A stretch of DNA of 64,000 nucleotides, from assembly GCA_965649265.1 (NCBI GenBank), contig CBFGKC010000005.1, positions 96,001 to 160,000 of the forward strand, written 5' to 3'. The position numbers and the translations under genes were made by a program. This document shows positions 10,068 to 19,649 of this stretch, in pieces. Every line of letters starts with the position of its first letter. Within the stretch, counting starts at the first letter, position 1. A model generated the notes under the pieces. It saw nothing but the letters and a program-made list of their open reading frames with translations. It was not told where the DNA came from and searched no databases. The stretch is from a candidate division WOR-3 bacterium. GTDB taxonomy: Bacteria; Hydrothermota; Tepidihabitantia; B3-TA06.

Positions 10068-10526
10068 TCACTCACTGAAAATAATCTCCACCAGTTCCTT
10101 AGGTTCGAGCCTGAAGGGCGAACCCTTACCTTGAAAGAAACCGTGATCGCAGATAAGGTGGATGGAAAGGTCGGACCATCGGATGCTTTTGCCTGTATCC
10201 AATCTGGTTACTGAAGTTACAGTTTTCTGGCAGCGAACGCCGTCCGACCAGGGACAGGGGATTTGCCCACGGTTGTCGTCGGCGCACACGACGAGATTGC
10301 CCGGCAGCTTGCAGCTTCCTCCAAGTTCGGCCTTGGCCATGTCTGTCAGCTCCTGCATTCTTTGAGCTATCTCGGCGATTGTTAGGCCCAGCGAGGCGAC
10401 CTCGCGTGCGTCTGCGTCGACGATTTCGGTAAGGTCCCGGGTATCCGAGCCGAGGAACCCTACGAGGGAAAGCTTGGACGAACGCAGGGTCTCCTCGAGT
10501 TTTTTCATCTGTGGTGATTTCTTCAT
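10068..10526 (-). CDS. Hypothetical protein with Cys/His motifs, in the Nqr-like operon
   Basis: Starts 10 nt after the nqrF-like stop; contains CPWSDGVRC and HLICDHGFFQG. Confidence 0.7.
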   Translation of the reverse strand: MKKSPQMKKLEETLRSSKLSLVGFLGSDTRDLTEIVDADAREVASLGLTIAEIAQRMQELTDMAKAELGGSCKLPGNLVVCADDNRGQIPCPWSDGVRCQKTVTSVTRLDTGKSIRWSDLSIHLICDHGFFQGKGSPFRLEPKELVEIIFSE

Positions 10527-10535
10527 CTTTCCACC

Positions 10536-11678
10536 CTATGAAAACTTGTCATAATAGATTTTTTCGAGAGGGATGCCTGCCGCGGTCAGAACCGCTATTG
10601 CGGAGTCAATCATGCCGGGGCTTCCGCAAAGATATCCCTCGTAATCTTTTACGTCTGGCTGCGCCTCGAGATATTTCTTTACGACGTCCGTCACCCTGCC
10701 GCGCTCGCCCTTCCAGTCCGGGCTTTCAGGTTCTGAGACGACGGGCACAAAGCGGTAGTCCGGCAGCTCCTTCTCGAAGGCGCTCATCTGGTCCACGAGG
10801 TAGAGATCCTTGAGCGTGCGCACACCGAAGAAGAACACGGACTTGCGGGCTTTTTGTTCTGGATTTCGGACCATATTATGGATAATTGATTTTATGGGCG
10901 CAATGCCCGAGCCGCCCGCGATGAAGACTATCGGCGAGCCGGTATCCCGAAGGAAGAATTCGCCGTAAGGCCCGTTGATGCGAACCTTATCAGACTGTTT
11001 GAGGTAATCGAACATGTACGTGGTACAGATGCCACCCTGGACGCGGCGGACTATTAATTCGAGAAAGCCTTTCTCGACAGGATCGGAGGAGATTGAGTAC
11101 GCGCGGTAAACCTCCTCCGGGCTGCCCTTGTATGAGGGTGCAAGGAATTGAACGTACTGTCCCGCCTTGAAAGCTATCTCGGGGGGGTCGACCAGTTTTA
11201 TGCGAAATTCCCTGGTGTCGTAAGTGTATTCGATGATCCGCTCGCATACCCCTTCGTATTCCTTGATGGAGAAGAGCTCGGATGGGATTTCTATCTTGAG
11301 ATTCGCGCGCACCTTGACCTGGCACGAGAGCCTGATACCTTTTGCCCTTGCTTCCTTGTCTAAATAGGGCTCCTCCGTGGGGAGGAGGGGGCCCGCCCCC
11401 TCTTTTACCGTGACCTTGCAGTACGCGCACGTTCCGCGTCCGCCGCAGGCGGAGGGGATGAATATCTTCTGTGCCTTGAGGGTCTCCAGAAGCGAGTTTC
11501 CGCCCTTTGCCGTAAAGGCCTTTTCGCCCGCGTTGATGTCAATCTCGACCTCGCCGTAGTTGGCTATGAACCGCTCGGCGACCACGAGGAGGGCGGCAAG
11601 AAAGGCCGCGACCGCGCTCACCACGAGAATGGAGATCAGGGCATTAGACACGAGATTCCTTCTGAGACTTTTCTTCAA
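10536..11678 (-). CDS. nqrF: NqrF-like membrane-anchored 2Fe-2S/FAD/NAD oxidoreductase
   Basis: N-terminal TM; CGGRGTCAYC..LSCQ, RAYS, AGGSGIAP and YLCG motifs. Start uncertain. Confidence 0.8.
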   Translation of the reverse strand: MKKSLRRNLVSNALISILVVSAVAAFLAALLVVAERFIANYGEVEIDINAGEKAFTAKGGNSLLETLKAQKIFIPSACGGRGTCAYCKVTVKEGAGPLLPTEEPYLDKEARAKGIRLSCQVKVRANLKIEIPSELFSIKEYEGVCERIIEYTYDTREFRIKLVDPPEIAFKAGQYVQFLAPSYKGSPEEVYRAYSISSDPVEKGFLELIVRRVQGGICTTYMFDYLKQSDKVRINGPYGEFFLRDTGSPIVFIAGGSGIAPIKSIIHNMVRNPEQKARKSVFFFGVRTLKDLYLVDQMSAFEKELPDYRFVPVVSEPESPDWKGERGRVTDVVKKYLEAQPDVKDYEGYLCGSPGMIDSAIAVLTAAGIPLEKIYYDKFS

Positions 11679-11776
11679 TGAGGGGATATCTTAAGCGAGA
11701 AAGGATGAGATTAGTGTGTAGAGGTCCCCGCTCGATAATTGCGACCTTTTTTTCTTTGAAAAAAAGGAGCACTTTT

Positions 11777-12379
11777 TTATTTTCCCCTGATGACGCCCGT
11801 GAAGCCGATGAACGCCAGCGCCATGAACCCCGCGATGATGAGGGTGATGCCCGGACCCTGCAGACCGAGTGGTATGCGGGAATTCTGGAGTTTCTGCCGG
11901 ACACCGGCCATAGCGACTATCGCGAGCATCCAGCCCAGTCCTCCGCCGAGCCCGAACGCCACTGCCTGAAGCAGGTTGTACTCGCGGATGACCATGAAGA
12001 GTGCCGCGCCCAGTATGGCGCAGTTCACGGTGATGAGAGGGAGAAAAATTCCCAGGCTCGAGTACAAGGCGGGCGAGTATCGTTCGAGAACCATCTCGAG
12101 GAACTGCACGAACGCGGCGATTATGATTATGAAAAGGATGAAGCGGAAGAACTCGAGATGGAAGGGAACGAGGATGTAGACGTATGCGAGCCAGTTGAGG
12201 AGGTTGGTTACGGTCATGACGAACACTACCGCCGTCCCGAGGCCGAGCGCGGTATTTACCTCGCGCGAGATGGAGAGGAAGGAGCACATGCCGAGGAAGC
12301 GCGCGAGAAGGATGTTGTCGGTGAAAACCGCGGCGAAGAGGATGACGACCGCCGTCAGCATCTCCTGTCCGAAGCTCAT
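11777..12379 (-). CDS. nqrE: NqrE/RnfA family membrane subunit
   Basis: FLGMCSFL and LPLITVNCAILG motifs. Confidence 0.85.
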   Translation of the reverse strand: MSFGQEMLTAVVILFAAVFTDNILLARFLGMCSFLSISREVNTALGLGTAVVFVMTVTNLLNWLAYVYILVPFHLEFFRFILFIIIIAAFVQFLEMVLERYSPALYSSLGIFLPLITVNCAILGAALFMVIREYNLLQAVAFGLGGGLGWMLAIVAMAGVRQKLQNSRIPLGLQGPGITLIIAGFMALAFIGFTGVIRGK

Positions 12380-13017
12380 GATGAGCCTCCTTTTATTGCA
12401 GGGGATTCAGGCTTGCGGATTGAGCGGAATATCCATACAATGACGGCGAGCGTGAAGAAAGCGCCGGGCGGCATGACCATTATTATCCAGCGGTCCCACG
12501 CAGGCGTCGAGAAGAAAGGCATGGGGATGCCGAGAAGGGAGCCCATTCCCGTTATCTCGCGGAAGACTGAGATGATAAGGAGAACGAAGGCGTAACCGAG
12601 TCCGTTGAACACGCCGTCGATGAAGGAGGGCCAGGGCTTGTTCGTGATGGCAAATGCTTCGGCGCGGCCCATAAGGATGCAGTTGGTGATGATGAGGCCG
12701 ACGTACGGGCCAAGGTTGCGGCTCATGTCGGGCCAGTAGGCCGCGAGCGCCTGGTCGAAGAGTATCACGTAGAACGCCATGATGAGTGTTTCCACCATCA
12801 TCCTCACCCTGCGAGGGATCAAGTTGCGAAGAAGGGAGACCGTCAGGCTCGAGAGACCCAGGGTGACAACTAGCGCGGCGCTCATCACCATCGTGTTGAG
12901 AACGAGGTTGGTGACCGCAAGCGAGCTGCAGATACCGAGTATCTGGCGGAAGACAGGGTTGTCGCCCCATAGCCCGGTGGCAATTATCTTGCCTATGCTC
13001 TTGGATTGAGCGCTCAT
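12376..13017 (-). CDS. nqrD: NqrD/RnfE family membrane subunit
   Basis: QILGICSSLAVT, LIITNCILMGRAE and PPGAF motifs. Confidence 0.85.
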   Translation of the reverse strand: MSAQSKSIGKIIATGLWGDNPVFRQILGICSSLAVTNLVLNTMVMSAALVVTLGLSSLTVSLLRNLIPRRVRMMVETLIMAFYVILFDQALAAYWPDMSRNLGPYVGLIITNCILMGRAEAFAITNKPWPSFIDGVFNGLGYAFVLLIISVFREITGMGSLLGIPMPFFSTPAWDRWIIMVMPPGAFFTLAVIVWIFRSIRKPESPAIKGGSS

Positions 13018-13643
13018 TTCGCACTTCCCTTGACGGCGTTTCTCCAGCGCTCGATCCTCGCGTTGACGAATTTCATGAGCCTGGTTGAGGTCTGCGTTGC
13101 GCCCGTTACGGCCTCGACCGAGCTCGTGTCGAGTGCTGAGCCGACCGGCCGCAGCTCGATAGGCACGCCCTGCACGGTGATCTTTTTCCCCTTGAACTGG
13201 TTCTTGAAATAGGGTTTCATTATCTCGCCGCCCAGACCCGGCGTCTCGTTCTGCTGGTAGAATGAGATGCCGAGGATTGTCCTTCTGTCCGGGGCCACGG
13301 CGATAACTCCGGCAATCTTGTCCCAGAACCCCGGTCCCGAGAGCCCGACGATGTAGGCGACTGTGGTGTCGTGGTTACGGTAGAGGGAGAACGTGTCGCC
13401 GGACACGACCGTGTCTTTCACGTGAGCGACGTAAATCTCATGTACCTGCGTACCCGAGGCCTTGGATGGCACTGCTGTGCCGACCGCCTCGAGCACCGAG
13501 CGCTCGTAGGCGAGCTTGTGGTTTGCTTCGACGCGGCCGCGCGTGAAGCCGGAGAGGGCGATGAGGATTGCGCTGAAGAACGCCGTGACGACGAACATGA
13601 AGACGATTGAGAACCAGCCCCTGTCCTTCAACGGCGTGCTCAC
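13014..13643 (-). CDS. nqrC: NqrC/RnfG family FMN-binding subunit
   Basis: GPGFWDKI, ETPGLG and AVTGATQTS motifs. Confidence 0.85.
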   Translation of the reverse strand: MSTPLKDRGWFSIVFMFVVTAFFSAILIALSGFTRGRVEANHKLAYERSVLEAVGTAVPSKASGTQVHEIYVAHVKDTVVSGDTFSLYRNHDTTVAYIVGLSGPGFWDKIAGVIAVAPDRRTILGISFYQQNETPGLGGEIMKPYFKNQFKGKKITVQGVPIELRPVGSALDTSSVEAVTGATQTSTRLMKFVNARIERWRNAVKGSAK

Positions 13644-14680
13644 GGGGTCTCCCCTGCCGGTTGTTCGACGGCTTGCCTCTGCGATTTTTGAAGTTCCTTC
13701 TTGCGCTTTGCGCGCTCCTTGAAGAGGTAATCGATTATGGGACCGAACATGTTCCCGAGAAGGAGCGCGAACATGAAGCCGCCGTTGAATACGGAGAAGG
13801 TGCCTATAATGGCGGCCGCGGTACCGACTATTGCGGCGTATATGATCTTGGCCTGGATAGTCTGCGGAGCGGTGACAGGATCGGTTACCATAAAGAAAGC
13901 GCCGAAAAGGAATCCGCCGCCCAGGAGTGCCGGAAGTATGGGTACCGCGGTCTTGACACCGAGGAACATGAACAGGGATTCGAAGAGTGCGTAGGAGGCG
14001 ATGGTCGCGAGCACGAGCCAGCGGTTGGCCGTTCCCGAGATAAAGAGGTAGAGACCGCCGATTAAAATAGCGATAGCACTCGTTACTCCCATCGTCCCGG
14101 CAACGTTACCGATGAGGAGATCGAGAACAGGGGGAGAGGAGGCCGTGCCTGCCTTGACCAGCGCGAGCGGAGTGGCGGAAGTGATTGCATCGGGCAGCGA
14201 GGACGTGCTCCACATCTTGAGCGCTCCCCAGGGGAACGAGGAGGGCAGGGAGGAGGGCGGGGCGGGGGCGGCCCAATGGGACGTCAGGGAGACGGGGAAG
14301 GATATGTACACGAAGGCGCGGCCGGCCATCGCGGGGTTGAACACGTTGCGTCCGAATCCGCCGAAGACCATCTTTGCGAACATGATGGCGAACGCGATGC
14401 CGATCACGAGCACGTGCCAGGGAACCGAGGGCGGCATGATGAGAGCGTAAAGGATTGCGGAGACGAATACGGCCTCCGACACCGGTTCCTGCGGCTTGCG
14501 CACGCGCGTGAAGATGAACTCGACAAGGAAGGCGGTGGCGCATGATACGGCAACCATAACGAGCGAGCGCCACCCGAAGAAATAGACGGAGGCAAGCACG
14601 CAGGGGATTGTGGCCAACATGACTCGCCGCATGAGCACCTGTTTCGTAAGTAACTTTATTTTCTTCTTTGTCTCGTCCAT
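13640..14680 (-). CDS. nqrB: NqrB/RnfD family membrane subunit
   Basis: FGGFGRNVFNPA, DAITSATPL and FMVTDPVTAP motifs. Confidence 0.85.
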   Translation of the reverse strand: MDETKKKIKLLTKQVLMRRVMLATIPCVLASVYFFGWRSLVMVAVSCATAFLVEFIFTRVRKPQEPVSEAVFVSAILYALIMPPSVPWHVLVIGIAFAIMFAKMVFGGFGRNVFNPAMAGRAFVYISFPVSLTSHWAAPAPPSSLPSSFPWGALKMWSTSSLPDAITSATPLALVKAGTASSPPVLDLLIGNVAGTMGVTSAIAILIGGLYLFISGTANRWLVLATIASYALFESLFMFLGVKTAVPILPALLGGGFLFGAFFMVTDPVTAPQTIQAKIIYAAIVGTAAAIIGTFSVFNGGFMFALLLGNMFGPIIDYLFKERAKRKKELQKSQRQAVEQPAGETP

Positions 14681-14700
14681 ATCTATCCTTTCGGGCTGTT

Positions 14701-14728
14701 AGGATACCTACTCTTTTTGAGTTGTCAA
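14701..14728 (-). promoter_or_regulatory. Promoter TTGACA-N16-TATCCT directly upstream of the nqrB-like gene
   Basis: Hexamers about 20 nt upstream of the start codon. Confidence 0.5.
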
Positions 14729-15113
14729 GGCACTCCAGTCATTGCACCAGGAGAAAGTTATCAGGTATATAATGAGGACTCCTTCTCACGCGTTGACAAG
14801 TCCTCACTTCAGATCGTCATCCTCCGATTGTGAACTCCAGGGATTTACCATATATAGTTGTATTTGTGACATTTAGATGGTTCACAAAATTATCACTTGG
14901 GACTATCCCGGACCTTTGGGGGAGATTATCTTCAGTTAGCGATCATGGATAGTTAAGTCGAAATGTTTCAACCTCTGGAACTCCGCACCGCATGTAACAG
15001 GCTTCCTTTTGAAAACACACCCGACAACTTGGGGGCACTCCTGCCCGAAGACTGTGATGTCTTTCACCCACTCGGCAACGCACCGGAAGGAGTCAGACCC
15101 GGTGAATCCTATT

Positions 15114-15611
15114 TTACTCCCGGGCGCGGTAAAGAAGTCGGGATACCGCAAGGCAGACCTTCAACAGAAACGCCCTGTCCTCCTCGGAGAAAGCGTCCAC
15201 CGTGTGGGAATCGATGTCCAACTCGCCCATGACCCTCTCTTCTTTGAGGATGGGAAGAACTATCTCGGATTTGACCGTCGGGCTGCAGGAAAGGTAGTTG
15301 GTTTCTTTTGAGACGTCCGGAACGACGAAGGTTTGCTTGCGTTCCGCGGCCTGCCCGCAAATGCCCTGGCCGAAGGCGATTCTCGTATGTTCGGTGGGCG
15401 CGCCGGAGAAGGGGCCGAGGACCAGCTCTCTTTCCGCATCCGGATCGGTGAGATAGAAACCAACCCAGTCGTAATAGGGAACGTCTTCTTTCAGCAAGTC
15501 GCATATCGCCTGAAGCCCATCCCTGGGGACCTCCTCCTCGCGGATCGCCCGGCTGACCTTGTTTATGACTCGCGAAAACAACGCCTTCTTTTCTTCATCG
15601 GTCATCTTCAT
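15114..15611 (-). CDS. GAF-domain protein, free methionine-R-sulfoxide reductase-like
   Basis: WVGFY, LGPF, GICG, YLSC, SEIVLP and LDIDS motifs. Confidence 0.8.
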   Translation of the reverse strand: MKMTDEEKKALFSRVINKVSRAIREEEVPRDGLQAICDLLKEDVPYYDWVGFYLTDPDAERELVLGPFSGAPTEHTRIAFGQGICGQAAERKQTFVVPDVSKETNYLSCSPTVKSEIVLPILKEERVMGELDIDSHTVDAFSEEDRAFLLKVCLAVSRLLYRARE

Positions 15612-15958
15612 GTTTGTTCCTTTTGGTTCATAACGGTCCACAAATCTACGGCGCGGCGAAGGTGCGGGATAACGATCGACCCGCCGACCATGAGCGCGAC
15701 CATCATGGTTTCTTCGAGTTCTTCACTTGACACCCCCTCCTCCTTGCATCTTGCGAGGTGGTAAGTGATGCAGTCGTCGCAGCGAAGAACCATGGACGCG
15801 ACGAGCCCCAGCATCTCCTTGGTTTTTGAGGGCAGGCCCCCCTCCCTGTACGTCTCGAAGTCGAGGTGATGGAACATCTTCATGTTCTTCGATGCGAATT
15901 CCATCACCTGTTTGTGGAGGCGTTCCCGTTCTTTTTTGAAATCTTCGATATTCTTCAT
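15608..15958 (-). CDS. Carboxymuconolactone decarboxylase/AhpD-like protein
   Basis: KTKEM..LRCDDCITYH (CxxC) motif. Confidence 0.85.
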   Translation of the reverse strand: MKNIEDFKKERERLHKQVMEFASKNMKMFHHLDFETYREGGLPSKTKEMLGLVASMVLRCDDCITYHLARCKEEGVSSEELEETMMVALMVGGSIVIPHLRRAVDLWTVMNQKEQT

Positions 15959-16020
15959 GATAATTCCTGTTCAATTACTTCCAGGCCGATTCCCGAAAGA
16001 AAAGCAGGACGTCCATCCGT

Positions 16021-16100
16021 GGCCCCCACGGCGTTGCATGACAACGGTGTGGGGTAAAAATTCGGGGTCCCCGACGAATTTCTCCGACATTTGTTGGGGT
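16021..16100 (+). repeat. Two CCCC-stem-loop-GGGGT palindromic elements
   Basis: CCCCAC..GTGGGGT and GGGGTCCCCGACGAAT..ATTTGTTGGGGT. Confidence 0.6.
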
Positions 16101-16102
16101 TA

Positions 16103-16615
16103 TTATTTATCCCCGTAGAGGTCGAACTCACGAATGCCGAACCAGTAACTCATTTTTGAAACCGAGTCCAGCTCGGCCTGAACGAGAGCCAGATGACCGT
16201 CCTCGATTTCCACGAAGTTCGCGAACATCTTCTGTGCCTCGCCGGGCAGCTCGGAAACCATCTTACGATAGAAAGCGGAGGTCACCTTCTCGGCCTCGAG
16301 CGCCTTCTCCAGCATGTTGATCTCCTCTCCGTAGTCCTTCTTGCCGACCTCGACCTTCATCGCCTTGGCTCCATCCTGGATGCGTTCCTTTGAAGGAAGG
16401 GCGGTCCTGAGGCCTTCGATTGTGAGCTCACCCGACGCCTGCCACTTCGCGAGTCTGGCAAAGAGATAATCGAGATGATGCTGTTCCTCTGAGGCCATCA
16501 GCGAAAAGATCCTTTTGCCGTCAGGATCGGTCGCTTTCGACAAAGCTTCTTTGTAAAGATCGCGAACCTTCGTCTCATACTCGATCGCGGTTTTGATTGC
16601 TTCTTCTACCGTCAT
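16103..16615 (-). CDS. Ferritin-like/rubrerythrin-domain protein
   Basis: Start MTVEEAIK with GGAGG RBS; ExxH pairs EEQHH and EDGH. Confidence 0.8.
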   Translation of the reverse strand: MTVEEAIKTAIEYETKVRDLYKEALSKATDPDGKRIFSLMASEEQHHLDYLFARLAKWQASGELTIEGLRTALPSKERIQDGAKAMKVEVGKKDYGEEINMLEKALEAEKVTSAFYRKMVSELPGEAQKMFANFVEIEDGHLALVQAELDSVSKMSYWFGIREFDLYGDK

Positions 16616-16713
16616 TGATCCTCCATTTTCGATTGTATTGTACCCCGTCAAGCAGATATGGCAAGGGGCGAACATCTGCGACGCTTTCGATCCGTCCGGC
16701 GAGTACGTATCAC

Positions 16714-16741
16714 TTGACACCGGAATCATCGCATTTATAAT
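16714..16741 (+). promoter_or_regulatory. sigma70 promoter TTGACA-N16-TATAAT
   Basis: Perfect hexamers upstream of the DUF134 operon. Confidence 0.7.
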
Positions 16742-16769
16742 GAACATATGCTCAAAACGGAGATGCAAG

Positions 16770-17192
16770 ATGCCCAGGCCCTGTAAATGCAGAAGAATCG
16801 CTCGCGAGTATGGAATAGGGTTCTTTGGACCCAAGGGAATTCCCATGCGTGAGCTTGAACGTGTGGTGCTCACCCATGACGAACTCGAGGCTCTGCGGCT
16901 GGTCGACATGGAAGGCATGTATCAGGAGGATGCGGCCTCGATGATGGAAATATCGAGACCCACGTTGTCGAGACTTCTTGAGGTTGCGCGGAAGAAAATC
17001 GTTAGCGCGGTGATCGACGGCAAAGGCATCGAGGTAGGCGGCGGGAATTTCCTCGTCGAAACTACCGCTTCGGGCTCTCAGGGACGATGCAGACGCCGGG
17101 ACAAAAGTACCCCAAAAAGATGCAAGCGCTCTACCACGAATGCATCGAATGCTGCCTCTAGGATATTAAATAATAACAAGGAGAACTTGTGA
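16770..17192 (+). CDS. DUF134 family HTH DNA-binding protein
   Basis: MPRPCKCRRI..ELEALRLVD..QEDAA..ISRPT. Confidence 0.85.
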   Translation: MPRPCKCRRIAREYGIGFFGPKGIPMRELERVVLTHDELEALRLVDMEGMYQEDAASMMEISRPTLSRLLEVARKKIVSAVIDGKGIEVGGGNFLVETTASGSQGRCRRRDKSTPKRCKRSTTNASNAASRILNNNKENL

Positions 17193-17569
17193 AAATAGCC
17201 GTTCCTTCGGATGATGCAATCACGATAGCCCCCCATTTCGGCAGGGCAAGATATTTTATTGTATTCGACGCGGAAAAGGGTAAAATACTTAAAAAGGAAC
17301 TTGTCGAGAACAACCCGTACCATAACGATCACGTTCACGATTCCGCTCACGAGCACGGCGTCCATCACAGCCACGAGAGATTCGTTTCGCTTCTCGCGGG
17401 TTCCGAAGCCGTAATCTGCCGCGGGATGGGCAGGAGAGCGGTCGTTGATCTTGTTGAGGCCGGGATAAGGCCCGTCTTTACCGAACAGGAGAGTGCCGAG
17501 GATGCGGCTGCAGCATTCTCCGGTGGAACGCTGGAGGAATGCGCACAACCCGATTGCGGGCATCATTAA
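17189..17569 (+). CDS. NifB/NifX-family Fe-Mo cofactor-binding-like protein
   Basis: KIAVPS..HFGRARYF, His-rich loop, VICRGMG. Confidence 0.85.
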   Translation: MKIAVPSDDAITIAPHFGRARYFIVFDAEKGKILKKELVENNPYHNDHVHDSAHEHGVHHSHERFVSLLAGSEAVICRGMGRRAVVDLVEAGIRPVFTEQESAEDAAAAFSGGTLEECAQPDCGHH

Positions 17570-17628
17570 AACGGGCGATCTGAGGTGCGGCAAATCGAAT
17601 ATCAGAGAGAATTTAAGGAGACACACCA

Positions 17629-18471
17629 ATGATCCAGTCCGAGGAACAGATTAAAAGACAAAAGGAATTAGACGCAAGACTCAAGGAAAATCTCGCAAGG
17701 ATAAAGATGAAGCTTCTTGTCCTTTCGAACAAGGGCGGTGTGGGAAAGAGCTTTGTTGCAACAAGCCTGGCGCTTCTTGCAGCAGACAAAGGCCTGAAGA
17801 CGGGCATTTTAGACGCCGATATCCACGGCCCTTCTATCGCGCACCTGCTCGACTTCGACGGTATGCCCCTGGCCGTATCGGAGGACAACACAATAGAACC
17901 GGTGCAGGTGTCGGATAATCTCGTTGCCGTGAGCACCGCATCGCTTTTGAGATCGAGGGACGACTCAATCATCTGGCGCGGACCCCTCAAGATGGGACTT
18001 CTCAAGCAATTTCTTGCCGACGTTCGGTGGGGAGCGCTCGATTTGCTCGTGGTCGATTCACCGCCCGGGACTGGCGACGAACCTCTCTCCATCGCCCAGC
18101 TTATAACCGATATCTCTGGTGCCGTTGTTGTCACGACCCCCCAGGACGTCGCACTGCTGGATTCGCGCAAATGCCTGAGTTTCCTGAGCCAGTTGAACAT
18201 TCCCACGCTCGGCATAGTCGAGAACATGAGCAGTCTCGTTTGCCCGCACTGCGGAAAGACCATTGACGTATTCAAGCAGGGCGGCGGCAGGCAGGCGGCT
18301 CTCGATCTGGGCGTTCCCTTTCTGGGCGCCATACCGCTGGACCCCGAGATAGTGAAAGCTCAGGACGCAAGCAAGCCCTACGTTTTGGAGAACCCCGAAA
18401 CCACGGCGGCGAAAGTTCTGTCTTCCGTGGTCGAGGAGCTGAGAAAGCTCTCCGCTAGCCAGGAAGTGTAA
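17629..18471 (+). CDS. mrp: Mrp/NBP35 (ApbC) Fe-S carrier ATPase
   Basis: KGGVGKS, IWRGP, DSPPGTGD and ENMS..CPHC motifs. Confidence 0.9.
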   Translation: MIQSEEQIKRQKELDARLKENLARIKMKLLVLSNKGGVGKSFVATSLALLAADKGLKTGILDADIHGPSIAHLLDFDGMPLAVSEDNTIEPVQVSDNLVAVSTASLLRSRDDSIIWRGPLKMGLLKQFLADVRWGALDLLVVDSPPGTGDEPLSIAQLITDISGAVVVTTPQDVALLDSRKCLSFLSQLNIPTLGIVENMSSLVCPHCGKTIDVFKQGGGRQAALDLGVPFLGAIPLDPEIVKAQDASKPYVLENPETTAAKVLSSVVEELRKLSASQEV

Positions 18472-18937
18472 CGGAAAACCCAGGATAGTCAGGGATAAAC
18501 GATTCCGGATTGTGAACGAACTTTTCGAGCCTGTGCTTGATTGCGTCGCGCACGCGTCTGAACGATTCGATTTCCCGCGAGCCGTGATCGGGGATCGTCG
18601 GATCAGGAAAAGGCCAGTGAAGGCTGGTTCCCGCTTCTCCGATGAATGACGGGCAGTTGGACTCCCCGCAGAGCGAAATGACGAAATCGAAAAACTGACC
18701 AGTGAACAGAGAGACGTGCTTGGAGCGGTACTCGGACACATCTATCCCCAGTTCGGCCATGACCTCGACAGCGAGAGGGTGGACAAAGGAGGGGGAGGTC
18801 CCTGCCGAGTGGACATCAAACCTTTCTCCGCCGAGATGGCGAAGCAAGCCCTCCGCCATCTGCGAGCGGCAGGAGTTGCCGGCACAGAGGAATAGAACCC
18901 TGACCTTTTTATCCATAGACATTTTTCCTGTTACCAT
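18455..18937 (-). CDS. arsC: Arsenate reductase, LMW-PTPase fold
   Basis: FLCAGNSCRSQMAEG and HWPFPDP motifs. Confidence 0.85.
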   Translation of the reverse strand: MVTGKMSMDKKVRVLFLCAGNSCRSQMAEGLLRHLGGERFDVHSAGTSPSFVHPLAVEVMAELGIDVSEYRSKHVSLFTGQFFDFVISLCGESNCPSFIGEAGTSLHWPFPDPTIPDHGSREIESFRRVRDAIKHRLEKFVHNPESFIPDYPGFSVTLPG

Positions 18938-18953
18938 AAGGGTTTAACTTTTT

Positions 18954-19054
18954 GGAGTGTAACAACCGTGTTGTTACCACACCTTGTCGTTTCTGCAACA
19001 ACCGCGTTGTTGCCTTACCGTATTGTTGCTGCAACGAGGCGCTCGTTGCACTCC
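18954..19054. repeat. REP doublet (REPIN-like), left of the RAYT
   Basis: GGAG-footed palindromes GCAACAAC..GTTGTTGC and GCAACGAG..CTCGTTGC in inverted orientation. Confidence 0.8.
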
Positions 19055-19071
19055 ATTTATCTATCAACGGT

Positions 19072-19626
19072 TCAGTAGTCATCATCCACGTCGATCCTGT
19101 CGCATGGAAAATTTCTTTGCAGATGTCGCAGGTGTTCTTTTTCGCTCTCGAATCGATGGTAATAACTTCCGAAAGGGTATTTTTCAGGAGTATCCACGTA
19201 TTCATGTTTGACTGGGTTGAAGTAAATGTAATTCAATCTCGCCAGGTAGGACTTCTCAAACGTTATACAGCTATCCCAGTAATTCCAAAAAACTCTTTTT
19301 GATAACTTTACCTCAGAGATATTTTTTCTGATCCAAAGCGCCGTAAAGCGATGAATTTCTGACATCATTTTCGATAATTGAGTATTTTCTATCGGTGCTT
19401 GGAGCATCAAGTGATAGTGATTATCAAGTATAACCCAGTCTTCAAGAATCCAGGCATACTTGGCGCAGCCCTTTACTATCGACTCAAGCAATCTCGATTT
19501 TGCTTGAGGTGATTTAAGAAAGGGCTTTTTGAGGTAAGTAGAAGCCGTTATGAAATACTTGCATCCATCAATAAAGAGATGAGGTGGGTTGTGTGCGTAC
19601 TGCTTGTAGATCAGATCTTCATTCAT
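19072..19626 (-). mobile_element. REP-associated tyrosine transposase (RAYT, Y1 HUH)
   Basis: YFITAST, DNHYHL (HUH), FWNYWD and YIYFNPVKH motifs; AT-rich; flanked by REPs. Confidence 0.85.
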
Positions 19627-19649
19627 TTGACTCCTTCATGCAGCCCTTT

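Noticed and set aside
11678-12595. 305-aa + strand ORF and similar long antisense ORFs (e.g. 42447-43310, 55656-56471)
   Set aside because: Shadow frames of well-supported genes in GC-rich DNA.
14863-14888. TTTGTGA-N12-TCACAAA palindrome as a Rex or CRP site
   Set aside because: The spacer is too long for either consensus and no cognate regulator is identifiable.
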